A program made the translations under genes and the position numbers. A DNA stretch of 64,000 nt from the NCBI GenBank assembly GCA_965222375.1, contig CBDCTZ010000012.1, positions 224,001-288,000 on the forward strand, read 5' to 3'. A model generated the notes under the pieces. The model had not been told where the DNA came from. It searched no databases and saw only the letters and a program-made list of their open reading frames with translations. Shown piece by piece: positions 32,227 to 43,296 of the stretch. How positions within the stretch are numbered: position 1 is the stretch's first letter; each line of letters begins with the position of its first letter. The stretch comes from Polyangiaceae bacterium. GTDB taxonomy: Bacteria; Myxococcota_A; Polyangia; Polyangiales; Polyangiaceae.

Positions 32227-32828
32227 GCCTACTTGCCTAACACGCGTTTATTTGGCTTCTCAGCGGACACGCTGCGTGACGATCGCGACCCCGATCGACG
32301 CGCGCGCCGTCTCGCGACCAAAACCGCGCAGACGTGTCACACAGGCGCGGCACGCGCGCACAAATCGCTAGGCTTGCGTGTCGCGCGCACGTGCGCTTGG
32401 AAACCTGTCAACAAGATTCGTAAGAAAAACTTGTGGGTCGAGTTGTGGAAGCAGCGATGCGAATCGGTGCGCAACCTGAGCGCAAGACAATGCCCGAGGC
32501 CAATGCGCCGCGCGCTCCGCGCTCTCGCATTGCTGCCCAACCTCCACTAGCGAAGGTGAATCGCAACGTCGATGTACTCGCGCAACACCCTTCCTTCCTG
32601 AGAACACGCTGACACCCGTGGCGCCGGCGCCCCGGCGGAGGTGCGGAGGTGGCGGGCCTCCAAAGGCCCGCCCGCACCGAAGCCCTATCAGTCGGCAAGA
32701 CACCCATCGCCGGCGCGTTTTTCCGCAACCCAACGTCGCGGCGCTTTGCATCGCTCGCGAAGGAAACGGATCGCGTGCGTCACCGGCTACCCGACTCGTG
32801 GTTGTCGCTGCCTCGCTGGCCGGCGATC

Positions 32829-33268
32829 TCAGGCTCCGCCGTCGCAATCGTCTTCGCACTCCCAGCCACTGTCACCGCAGATGGGTGTTCCGCAGACGCA
32901 CGAGAAGCTTCCAGTGCAACCGGCATCCGGTGAGTCTGGGACGCAGCAAAGACAAGCTCCGGAGTCCCACGGGCAGTCGTTGTACACCGGTTCCGAGCGG
33001 AAGCCAGGGCCACACTTTTTCGCGCAGCGGCACTGTCCTCCCGAGTTCGTGCACCCCCTCCGGTCGGCACGCCGTCACTCCGCGCGTCGCCGGTGCCGGA
33101 GCTCGCGCCAGTTCCGGCGGTTCCCGAACTCGCGCCAGTTCCGGCGGTTCCCGAGCTGCCGGTCGGGCCCGTGTCGTCAGTTGACTGGCACGCGGGCGCG
33201 GCTAAGAGGCCAAATACCGAGAGAAGCGTGCGCGTCACCAGCTCAAGGCTGGTGGGCCTTGCCACCAC
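32829..33268 (-). pseudogene. Small Cys-rich lipoprotein frameshifted at a G5 run
   Basis: Signal/lipobox and linker are in one frame; GCTNSGGQCRC...CEDDCDGGA* is in another; one extra G at 33054-33058 would join them. Confidence 0.6.
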
Positions 33269-33329
33269 CCGTCAATCGGTCTCGTGAGGATAGCATGCCA
33301 GCGCATCTGGCGACGCGCGGTCGTTGAGT

Positions 33330-34190
33330 CTACGGCGCAGCAGGCGCACAACTGCCGGACCCGCAACTCTGGGAGCAACAGTCCTTCCAGCTCGAGCAGG
33401 GGCCCCCGACGGGTTTGCAGGGTGGGGTCGAGCCGACGCAGGCGCCCGCTTTGCAGGTCTTGGAGCAACAGTCCTGCCAAGTGATACAGGGTTGGTTGGC
33501 GAGGTTGCAGGCGCCCGCCTCCGACGTGCAGGTTCCGGCGAGGCACTGTGATGAACAGCACTCCGTGTTCTCACTGCACGATGCTCCGGCCTTCCTGCAC
33601 TCGCAGTACCCCCATTCGCAACTACCGCTGCAGCAAGGAAGCACGTCAGCGCAGTAGCCGCCACTTTTGACGCACGTCACGGCGTCGGGGACCGGTGGAG
33701 CATCCCACACGGGGGCGTCGTACGCCGGCGCATCCCAGGGCGGCGCGTCCCAAACTGGAGCATCCAATGGCGGCGCGTCCCACACGGGTGCATCCCATAT
33801 GGGAGCGTCGTGCACCGGCGCATCCCAAACTGGAGCATCCAATGGCGGGGCGTCCCACAACGGGGCGTCGTACACCGGGGCATCATGGACGGGTGCGTCC
33901 CACACCGGGGCATCGGGCAGGGATGAGTCCAGGGGAGCGGCATCTGGCGGGAGTGCGTCGGACGCGTTCGCCTGGCATTGGCCCTGGCTGCAGACGGCGG
34001 AACAACACTCCGAGTACGTAACGCATCCGCCAGTGTTGGGGATACAGCTGTGTGAGTCCGCAGTCGCGTCAGCGTCCATGCCGGCGTCGGGCTGGCGGCT
34101 GCTATCGTCGCTGTCCGTACTGCCTGAGCACCCGGCTGCGATGAGGGCTGCAGGTCCAAGCAGAATGCAGAGACGGATCCATACGCGCAT
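33330..34190 (-). CDS. Lipoprotein with five cystine-knot-like modules and a DAPxx repeat tract
   Basis: Lipobox IAAGC; five C-x6-C-x5-CC-x3-C-x4-C units. Confidence 0.75.
   Translation of the reverse strand: MRVWIRLCILLGPAALIAAGCSGSTDSDDSSRQPDAGMDADATADSHSCIPNTGGCVTYSECCSAVCSQGQCQANASDALPPDAAPLDSSLPDAPVWDAPVHDAPVYDAPLWDAPPLDAPVWDAPVHDAPIWDAPVWDAPPLDAPVWDAPPWDAPAYDAPVWDAPPVPDAVTCVKSGGYCADVLPCCSGSCEWGYCECRKAGASCSENTECCSSQCLAGTCTSEAGACNLANQPCITWQDCCSKTCKAGACVGSTPPCKPVGGPCSSWKDCCSQSCGSGSCAPAAP
33690..33959 (-). repeat. 15-bp coding tandem repeat (about 18 DAPxx-like pentapeptides)
   Basis: DAPVW/DAPVH/DAPVY/DAPPL units; identical 26-mer at 33748 and 33823 (75-bp higher-order period). Confidence 0.9.
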
Positions 34191-34423
34191 GTGTGCTGCT
34201 AGAGTGGAAGAGCGCCTGCTCGAGCGCAATACGAGATGGGAGATGCGTCATGTCGCGCGTCGCTGTGACGGTCCGTGGGTGGCGCCGATTGCCGAGATCA
34301 GGCCGTGCAAGGAGTGTGAGGGGGCGGCTCCTTGCGCCAGCTTCAGGCCGGTGACCGCTGCCCCGCACTCTCGCGCTGCCTGGGTGTTAGCGGTCATGAA
34401 AAAGGGCGCATAGATGGGCGCGT

Positions 34424-35191
34424 CTAAGTGGGCTTGTTCGCCTTTTTGGAGGCGGCGCGTTCTTTGGCTTCCTTTGCGCGGTAACTCTGGCCCTGGATGT
34501 GGATGACTTCGCAGCGGTGGATGAGGCGATCGACCAAGGTGACGACGCAGGCGGCGTGGGGAAAGACGTCGGGCCACTCGCTGAAGGGCTTGTTCGTGGT
34601 CAGCACCACGGGCTTGAGCGCCTCGTAGCGTCTGGTGACGACCTCGAAGAGCAGATCGGCATAGCGGCTGTCGTAGGAAAGGTAACCGACCTCGTCGACG
34701 CACAGGAGCTGCGGGTGGGTGTATTGGCGCAGGCGACGGCTGAGGGCGGCGCTGCTGTCTTGACCCGCAAGTTCGTTGAGCATGGCGCTGGCTGTGGTGA
34801 AACGCACCGTATAGCCGCGCATCACGCAGTGATGTGCGAGATTTTTGAGCAACATCGTCTTGCCGACGCCGTTGGGCCCAAGCAACACGGCATTGGCGCC
34901 TTCGGCGAATAGGTTGAGGCGAAAGAGCTCGTCGACGGAGCTCTTGTCGATCTTCTTCGGCCACTTCCAATCGAAGTCGGTGAGCGGCTTGAATCGACCC
35001 AGCCGGGCATTTTTGATGCGACGCTCCAGACTGCGCCGGGTGCGTTCGGCTTCCTCGTAGGCGAGCAACGGACCAAGCCAATCTGCGCTCACCACGTCGT
35101 CCCAGTTGGCCAGAAGACCGTGCAACCCCAGGCGGTGCGCACGCTCTCGCAGATCCTTGTCAGCCTGATCGCTCGTCGTCGTTGTCATCAT
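34424..35191 (-). CDS. istB: IS21 helper ATPase IstB
   Basis: Walker A GPNGVGKT, Walker [30 protein letters not shown] after GGGAGAG. Confidence 0.93.
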   Translation of the reverse strand: MMTTTTSDQADKDLRERAHRLGLHGLLANWDDVVSADWLGPLLAYEEAERTRRSLERRIKNARLGRFKPLTDFDWKWPKKIDKSSVDELFRLNLFAEGANAVLLGPNGVGKTMLLKNLAHHCVMRGYTVRFTTASAMLNELAGQDSSAALSRRLRQYTHPQLLCVDEVGYLSYDSRYADLLFEVVTRRYEALKPVVLTTNKPFSEWPDVFPHAACVVTLVDRLIHRCEVIHIQGQSYRAKEAKERAASKKANKPT

Positions 35192-36671
35192 CGTCTCTCC
35201 CAATACCGTCGTAGTCGCTGAGTGAATGCGGGGTGACGACCGGGCCTTGCACGCGGTCGTCGTCGGGAAGATGTCGCCCCACGGGTGGAGGGGTGCCGCG
35301 CTCGTAGCGGCGTCGCTCCAGGACGTGGTGCACAGCCGCAAGGTGTGGTGTGCCGAGTTGCACAACCTCGGCCAGCGCAGCTTCCAGCTCCGCGGCCCCA
35401 ACTCGGTCCAGCTGCTTGAGCATCGCAATCGTCGCGCCGCCCAAGTTCTTGCCCTGCTCGGCCAGCACTTTGAAAAGCTTTCGGGAAGATGGCGCCGCGT
35501 GATGCAAGCGATCAAGGCCGCGATGCGCGTGGGCTTGCCGTTTCCACTCTGCAAGCGCCGCAATGTGTGCCGGCTCCTCGATCGCCTGACGGCGATCCCA
35601 GCACCGGGCGTGCTCCGCGATGGTGTCTTCACCGTCGAGGACACGCACGGTCGTCATGCTTGCCACCACGGTGAGGCTCCTGCGTGTATGCGTTGCCGGA
35701 ATGGAGTAGTCGTTCAGGTCGAAACGCACGTAGGGCGTCTTGCCCACGGCAACCTCGATGCGCTCGTCGGTCAAAAATGGATTGCTCGGTAGCTCCAACA
35801 GACGCGGCTTCTCTTCGGCGAAGGCCTCCGAGACGTTCAGGGTCTCATCCTCGGGACAACGACGCTCCGCCGCAGTGCCCAGGCACCAGTCGAGTGCTTG
35901 CTCATTCAGATCGTCGAGATCGCGATACTCGCGTGCGGCGAAGAAGCTGGATCTGATGTAGCGGATCGCGCGCTCGACGCGGCCCTTCTCATTGCCGCGT
36001 GCCACCGCGACTGGGCGTGGCTCGTAGCGATAGTGGCCAGCTAACTCCAGCAGCGTGGGGTGAAAACGGATCGCATCGCCCTTGCGCTCCAGCACCGCAC
36101 TCTTGAGATTGTCGTACAGCAGGACCCGTGGAACGCCTGCCCAGAAATCAAACGCAGACACATGCCCGTGAAGAAAACTCGACATGTTGGCGTTCAGGTA
36201 GAAGCGTAGAAACACCATCCGCGACCAGCTGAGCACCATCACAAATGCCATCAGCTGCCGGCTCGCTCGCCCAACTGAAAGAGTCCCGAAATGCGCCCAA
36301 TCCACTTGGCCCTGTTCGCCAGGCAGCGTGCGCAAACGCATGTACGCTTCCGCTGTTGGTCGCGGTCTGTGTCGAGCGACGATGCGGCGAAAATGATCTG
36401 AGCCGCCCTGGTAGCCCCGCTCTTTCGCCATCGCGTAAACGCGGATCGCCGGCAGCTTCGGGTACTGCGCCAGCGTCTCGATGATCAGTGGGACGTAGGG
36501 ATCGGTAATTGACGGACGCAGACTCCGGGACACCGTGTCGACCCCGGCGTCTCGCAGGACACGCCGCACCGTGCCGTGGTGGATGCCAAGCTGCTGGGCA
36601 ATCGTCCCGATCTTCCACTTCTCCGCGTGGTACAGCCGGAGGATTTCGGCTCTGCGCTCCTTGCTGATCAC
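35160..36671 (-). CDS. istA: IS21 DDE transposase IstA
   Basis: N-terminal [25 protein letters not shown]. Confidence 0.93.
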   Translation of the reverse strand: MISKERRAEILRLYHAEKWKIGTIAQQLGIHHGTVRRVLRDAGVDTVSRSLRPSITDPYVPLIIETLAQYPKLPAIRVYAMAKERGYQGGSDHFRRIVARHRPRPTAEAYMRLRTLPGEQGQVDWAHFGTLSVGRASRQLMAFVMVLSWSRMVFLRFYLNANMSSFLHGHVSAFDFWAGVPRVLLYDNLKSAVLERKGDAIRFHPTLLELAGHYRYEPRPVAVARGNEKGRVERAIRYIRSSFFAAREYRDLDDLNEQALDWCLGTAAERRCPEDETLNVSEAFAEEKPRLLELPSNPFLTDERIEVAVGKTPYVRFDLNDYSIPATHTRRSLTVVASMTTVRVLDGEDTIAEHARCWDRRQAIEEPAHIAALAEWKRQAHAHRGLDRLHHAAPSSRKLFKVLAEQGKNLGGATIAMLKQLDRVGAAELEAALAEVVQLGTPHLAAVHHVLERRRYERGTPPPVGRHLPDDDRVQGPVVTPHSLSDYDGIGRDDDDNDDERSG

Positions 36672-37018
36672 CGCGCACCTCGTCCACGCATGCGACGAAA
36701 GTCACCCACGCCTCGTAGGCGCTTTGGGCGGGCGCGGCCGGCGACCTCGTACTGCACGAGTTGGCTTTCCCCGGGCCATAGCTCGTCGCCAAACAGCCCC
36801 GAGTCGAGCCAACTTGGGCAGTTCTGCTCCGCAGTAATCGCAACGCAGAGCTTCGCCCCGCTCCACAGCGCGAGCCCTTCGAGCAATGTCAGAAGAGCGC
36901 GAGGGTGAGACGGTCGCAGCGACAGCCTCGCTTTCAGCACATCCCCTTGTTCCGGAGACGTCACCAGAAGCTGCATCTCCGTTTTCGAAACCTGAAGCTG
37001 GGCTGTCAGACGCATCAT
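36668..37018 (-). CDS. IS-borne accessory hypothetical protein
   Basis: ATG after GAGG; its stop overlaps the istA GTG (GTGA coupling). Confidence 0.6.
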   Translation of the reverse strand: MMRLTAQLQVSKTEMQLLVTSPEQGDVLKARLSLRPSHPRALLTLLEGLALWSGAKLCVAITAEQNCPSWLDSGLFGDELWPGESQLVQYEVAGRARPKRLRGVGDFRRMRGRGAR

Positions 37019-37334
37019 TGGGGTTAGCCTCGAGGACGGCGTGCCGTGCCGCCTCACTCTCGGGTCCACTGCTGCGCCCGCTGGCGTCTAATGACGAGGG
37101 GTGATGCGTCACTTTTTCTCGCCGCCGCGCCCGGTGACGGGCTTGTCGCTCTGCGTGAAGCCGCGCTCCACGGCGCGTGCGCTGGTACCGAGCCCCCGCC
37201 TCTCGCACGCTTTGGCTGCGACTTATTGAAGCGCAGTCACTGCTGCAATACAGCTGCCCTCGGTCGCAACGTTGGCAAAGCTTCACCTGGCCGTGGCACC
37301 GCTGACAGTTGAAAAGCCGGAACGAATCGCTGAT
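36702..37334 (-). CDS. IS-borne Zn-finger-like accessory protein (possible ATC start; first canonical start is GTG 37286)
   Basis: CQRC..CQRCDRGQLYC...C, Arg-rich helix, C-terminal CDYCG. Confidence 0.55.
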   Translation of the reverse strand: MSDSFRLFNCQRCHGQVKLCQRCDRGQLYCSSDCASISRSQSVREAGARYQRTRRGARLHAERQARHRARRREKVTHHPSSLDASGRSSGPESEAARHAVLEANPNDASDSPASGFENGDAASGDVSGTRGCAESEAVAATVSPSRSSDIARRARAVERGEALRCDYCGAELPKLARLGAVWRRAMARGKPTRAVRGRRPRPPKAPTRRG

Positions 37335-37679
37335 CGCGGACTCCGCCCAGCAGTTTTCTGGATCCGTACGCCGCTATCAGCGATGCTTGCGCCACAACTG
37401 ATCGCGGTTGGAAAGGCTCGGGTTGCGCCCCGGGCCTTTCATCTATCTGGGCATCGAGATCATCCAAGCGCCCACCCGACCGGGCCCAATTTCACGCGCT
37501 CTATCCGACGGCGTAAATCCGGGCATCACTCACGCGCAAATATGGGCACCTCCGCCATGCCGCCCACTTAGACGCCGTTTCGGATGCCCGTTGACACCTG
37601 GGTACAATGGGACGCGGCCAGCGGGAAAAAAGCCGTGCTCGAAAGCACGCCCACGATGTGAAACAATGAGCCGCATCGG

Positions 37680-38789
37680 ATGAGCTTGAAGATCGACCAG
37701 GACCACTCGCGCTTTCGCAATATCGTGCGCGGCAAGATCCGAAAGAACCTGCGCAAGTACATTTCCCAGGGAGAAATGCTGGGGCGCAAGGGCAAGGACG
37801 TGGTCAGCATTCCGATCCCGCAAATCGACATTCCGCGTTTCACCTTCGGCGAGAAACAGCAGGGTGGGGTTGGCCAAGGCGATGGCGAGCCTGGCGATCC
37901 CATTGGCGGCGAAGAGCAGGAAGGCGATGGCCAGGGGCAAGCGGGCAAAGATGCCGGGCAGCACGTGCTCGAAGTCGACGTGACCCTTGACGAGCTGGCG
38001 GACATCTTGGGTGAGGAACTCGAGCTTCCTGCCATCGAGAACCGTGGCAAGAGCCGAATCATCAGTGCCAAAGATCGCTACACGGGCATACGACGAGTCG
38101 GTCCGGAATCCCTACGCCACTTCCGGCGGACCTACCGCGAAGCACTCAAGCGCTCCATAGCCAGCGGGATCTACAACCCGGCGCTGCCTTTGGTCGTCCC
38201 CCACCCCGAAGACCGGCGCTACCGCTCTTGGAAAGAAGATCAGGAGCCCGTCGCGAACGCCGTGATCATCTACATGATGGATGTGTCCGGATCCATGGGG
38301 GACGAGCAGAAGGAAATCGTCCGAATCGAGAGTTTCTGGATCGATACCTGGCTGCAGCGTCAATACAAAGGGCTCGAGAGCCGCTACATCATCCACGACG
38401 CCGTGGCGCGGGAAGTGGATCGGGAGACTTTCTTCAGCACTCGGGAATCGGGCGGCACGATGATATCGAGCGCGTACAAGCTGTGCGCGGATCTGATCAG
38501 TCAGCACTACCCACCCGACGAGTGGAATATCTACCCATTCCACTTTTCCGACGGGGACAATTGGAGCATGGACGACACGCTGACCTGCATCGAGTTGCTC
38601 AAGGGCGACATGCTGCAGAAGGTGAACGTCTTTTCCTATGGGCAAGTGGAAAGCCCCTACGGCTCGGGTCAGTTCATCAAAGATCTGAAAGAGCACTTCG
38701 GGGCCGATGAACGTGTGATCACCAGCGAGATACGTGACCGTGACGCCATCGTGGGCAGCATCAAAGACTTCCTAGGGAAGGGCAAGTGA
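37680..38789 (+). CDS. yeaH: DUF444/YeaH-YhbH family protein
   Basis: [34 protein letters not shown]. Confidence 0.9.
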   Translation: MSLKIDQDHSRFRNIVRGKIRKNLRKYISQGEMLGRKGKDVVSIPIPQIDIPRFTFGEKQQGGVGQGDGEPGDPIGGEEQEGDGQGQAGKDAGQHVLEVDVTLDELADILGEELELPAIENRGKSRIISAKDRYTGIRRVGPESLRHFRRTYREALKRSIASGIYNPALPLVVPHPEDRRYRSWKEDQEPVANAVIIYMMDVSGSMGDEQKEIVRIESFWIDTWLQRQYKGLESRYIIHDAVAREVDRETFFSTRESGGTMISSAYKLCADLISQHYPPDEWNIYPFHFSDGDNWSMDDTLTCIELLKGDMLQKVNVFSYGQVESPYGSGQFIKDLKEHFGADERVITSEIRDRDAIVGSIKDFLGKGK

Positions 38790-39484
38790 GCGCGGACGCC
38801 TCTGAAGAGCAGCGCCTCATCTACGACCAGCACGCCGAGCGCTACGCCGCCCTGGTGCAAGTCGAAGATGCGGATGGCCGGCTACGCGCCGCAGTTCAAG
38901 CCTTGGTTGGAGCTGGCAGTGACGTCTTGGACGTCGGCGCCGGTACGGGTCGCCTCACGGATTGGCTACTGGACGCAGGCGGCCGGGTGACGGCTCTGGA
39001 CCAGGCTCCGGCGATGCTGGAGGTTGCGCGACAACGTCTGGGGGATCGCGCGACCGTCGTCGTCGGCGACGCACGCAAGCTGCCCTTCGAGCGCCGCTTC
39101 GATCTCGCGATTGCAGGTTGGGCCTTCGGTCACTTCTGCCACTGGTTTTCTGAGGATGCCCTCGGCCAGATAGCAGCGGCGGTGGGAGAGATGGAGCGCG
39201 TCGTCCGCGCGGGCGGCGACGCGGTCATCATCGAGACCTATGGCACCGCCGTCACGGAGGCGGGGCCGCCCAACCCTTCACTGGCCAGCTACTACGACAT
39301 GCTCACCGCTCGGGGATTCACCCGACGCGTTCTGGAAACGGATTACGTCTTCAGCAGTCTGGACGCGGCCGTCGAGCAATGCAGCTTCTTCTTCGGTGAA
39401 GGAAAGGGCAAGTGGGTGCGCCAGGCTGGTAGCCCGAGGGTTCCCGAGTTCACCGCGATGTTTACCAAGAAAGTGGAGCACTGA
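38786..39484 (+). CDS. Class I SAM-dependent methyltransferase
   Basis: [25 protein letters not shown]. Confidence 0.85.
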   Translation: MSADASEEQRLIYDQHAERYAALVQVEDADGRLRAAVQALVGAGSDVLDVGAGTGRLTDWLLDAGGRVTALDQAPAMLEVARQRLGDRATVVVGDARKLPFERRFDLAIAGWAFGHFCHWFSEDALGQIAAAVGEMERVVRAGGDAVIIETYGTAVTEAGPPNPSLASYYDMLTARGFTRRVLETDYVFSSLDAAVEQCSFFFGEGKGKWVRQAGSPRVPEFTAMFTKKVEH

Positions 39485-39489
39485 GCGCG

Positions 39490-41051
<1,562 letters not shown>

Positions 41052-41055
<4 letters not shown>

Positions 41056-42311
41056 GACATCCGGCCCGTGTGCAATTGGCCTGGGGGTTGCCCAGCCTTT
41101 GGCTCTTCGTGCTGGCCTGCGGTGCAGAGCCGGGCCCGGAGGCGAGCGCGCCTGCCAGCGGACCTCACTCAGCCCCGCAACCCAGTCTGTACGACACTCC
41201 GCCAGCATCGAACCCAACACTCGGTGGAGGCGGGCTGACTGGCCCGCCGCCATGCGTGCCTGGGCCGGACGGCAAGTGCCCGCCCCCAGCTCCGACCGCT
41301 ACGACAACCGCGCCAGCCGTACCCGCGCCGAAACCACCTCCTCCCAAGCCAGGCACGGTCGTGGGCGGCCTGGCGCGGGGCACTGGCGATGCCGCGGACA
41401 AGGCGCTCCTCAAAGGGGACAAAGCCCTGGAAGCGGATCAGCTGGCAGAGGCGAAAAAGCAGTTCACCCGCGCGCGGGCTTTGGCGCCGAAAGATCCCGC
41501 GCCTCGAGTTGGATTGGTGCGCGTGTTGCTCGCAAAGTCCGGGGTGGTCACCGACTACGCGTCTGCGCCGAACAACGCCAAGATGAAGCGCTTGCTTGTC
41601 GACTTGGCCCGCGCCGAAAAACTGAATGCGGACTACGGACCGCTGCATGTGGAGAAGGGGAGGATCCAACTGATCCTCGGCCGCGCAGAAGCGGCGCTGT
41701 CGTCTTTGGAGCTCGGCGTGAAGCTCTCGCCCTTCGATCCCGAGGCACACTCCGCTTTGGGAGTGGCGCAACTGGCGACAGGCAAGACCGAACCGGCCCT
41801 GAAGCGCTTTCGGCGCGCGGCGGAACTCAATCCGGACAATCCTGCGCGGCTAACCAACCTGGGCACCGCCTACATGATGCGCGGCCGAGTCACCGAAGCT
41901 GTGCGGGCCTACGAACGCGCGGTGCTGCTAGCACCCAAAGATGCTAGGGCCCGAGGGGATCTGGGCACTGCACTGCTCAGCCTGTCGAAATTCGACAAGG
42001 CCCTGCCCCACTTGGAAGCCGCCGTGCGCCTCGCCCCAGACCGCGCCACGTTTCTGTCGAATCTGGGTTACGCCCATCAGCAAAAGGGCGATCTCGACAA
42101 GGCCATCGGGCTGTTCGAAAAAGCGCTCAAGAAAGACCCGAAGCTCGGCTCAGCGTGGATCAACCTGGGCACCAGCAAGGCGCGCAAGAAGGACTACGCT
42201 GGTGCGGAGAAGGCCTTCAAGAAGGCTCTCGCCATCGACCCCAACGATCCGCGAGCGCAGGCCAACCTAGACGAACTCAAAGCCCTGCGCGCCGGACCGA
42301 AGAAACCCTGA
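41052..42311 (+). CDS. TPR-repeat lipoprotein
   Basis: VLAC lipobox, Pro-rich linker, several TPR units. Confidence 0.85.
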
Positions 42312-42343
42312 GCGCGTCGCGCAGGTGGTCTTTGGTCCAGGCA

Positions 42344-43126
42344 CTACTTGCAGGTTCCCGGAGTGTCTGGCGCCGCGCACAGCGCCAGACAGCCGCATAC
42401 GGATGCTCCTACGCACTTCTTACCCTTGGGGCACTCGGTGTCTTTCCAGCACTTGCCTGGCACGGGCATCTTGCAGACGTTGTTGACGCAAGGCGTGTAG
42501 ACGAGGTCACCGCACTCGAAGTCGGTCTTGCAGCAGCCACCTGGAGGCGGCGGAGGAGGCGGTGGTGGCGGCGGCCCGCCGCACCAACCGAGCTGATCTG
42601 CGGCATAGCAGTCCATGCCGCAGGGACACACGAAGGCACCGTTGCAACTGATACCCTTGCCGCAGTCGCTGTCGCGCCAGCAGCGCCCGGGAGGTGCGCT
42701 TGGAATGCAATTACCCTCGACGCAGACCGTGCTGCCGGGGTAGGGCTCGTCCTCGGAATCCCCAAACCACTGCGGGCAGGAGAGATCACTGGTGCAACAA
42801 GGGCCGATGCCACCGGCGCCCGCGATTCCGCCCACGGCGCCACTACCGGCTACGCCGCCAACAGCGCCACTGCCCGCGACTCCGCCAACCGCGCCGCTGC
42901 CCGCAATGCCGCCAACCGCGCCGCTGCCTGCGATGCCGCCAACTGCGCCGCTGCCCGCGCCGCCGCTGACCGCGCCACTTCCGCCGCTTCCAGAAAAGGC
43001 TCCGGTACCGGCGCTATTGCCGCTGCCCGCCGCGTTGCCGCTGCCCGCGGCGCCCCCGCCGTCCTGTTTCACCGAGCCGCCGCAGGCGACGACCGTCAAG
43101 GCGCAAAGCCAGATCGCGTGTCTCAT
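42344..43126 (-). CDS. Cys-rich lipoprotein with GSGAVGG(I/V)A repeats
   Basis: VVAC lipobox; 27-bp coding repeats; two similar PG.CW.D.(D/E)C modules. Confidence 0.7.
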   Translation of the reverse strand: MRHAIWLCALTVVACGGSVKQDGGGAAGSGNAAGSGNSAGTGAFSGSGGSGAVSGGAGSGAVGGIAGSGAVGGIAGSGAVGGVAGSGAVGGVAGSGAVGGIAGAGGIGPCCTSDLSCPQWFGDSEDEPYPGSTVCVEGNCIPSAPPGRCWRDSDCGKGISCNGAFVCPCGMDCYAADQLGWCGGPPPPPPPPPPPGGCCKTDFECGDLVYTPCVNNVCKMPVPGKCWKDTECPKGKKCVGASVCGCLALCAAPDTPGTCK

Positions 43127-43140
43127 GTCGGCGCACTAGA

Positions 43141-43155
43141 GCGAATCGCGTGCCA
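43141..43155 (-). promoter_or_regulatory. Possible sigma54 promoter
   Basis: TGGCACGCGATTCGC (GG-N10-GC) about 15 nt before ATG 43126. Confidence 0.4.
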
Positions 43156-43296
43156 ACACCGCGGCGGCGAAGGTCCGAGGTTTTTCCGGCGCTGTGGGAC
43201 GTGGCGCGGGCCGCAGGGATGGCACAACTGGGGCAAATGGCACACTGCCTCGGAACGATGTGTCCCTAACCGACCCAGTTGGGCGCGAGCCGACTC

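Larger units (their letters stand above)
34385..37596 (-). mobile_element. Complete IS21-family insertion sequence (3,212 bp)
   Basis: Ends TGTTAGCGGTCAT.../TGTCAACGGGCAT...; shared GCGTCTAAGTGGGC; 6-bp duplication CCTGGG at 34379-34384 and 37597-37602; istA and istB. Confidence 0.92.

Noticed and set aside
33690..33959. Short regular repeats as a CRISPR array
   Set aside because: 15-bp in-frame coding units with no unique spacers and no cas genes
35192..35644. N-terminal extension of the istB ORF (406 aa)
   Set aside because: Overlaps istA; an SD-preceded ATG at 35191 gives a normal-sized IstB
37591..37608. IS-end TTGACA + TACAAT hybrid promoter
   Set aside because: Spacing is only 6 bp, not about 17
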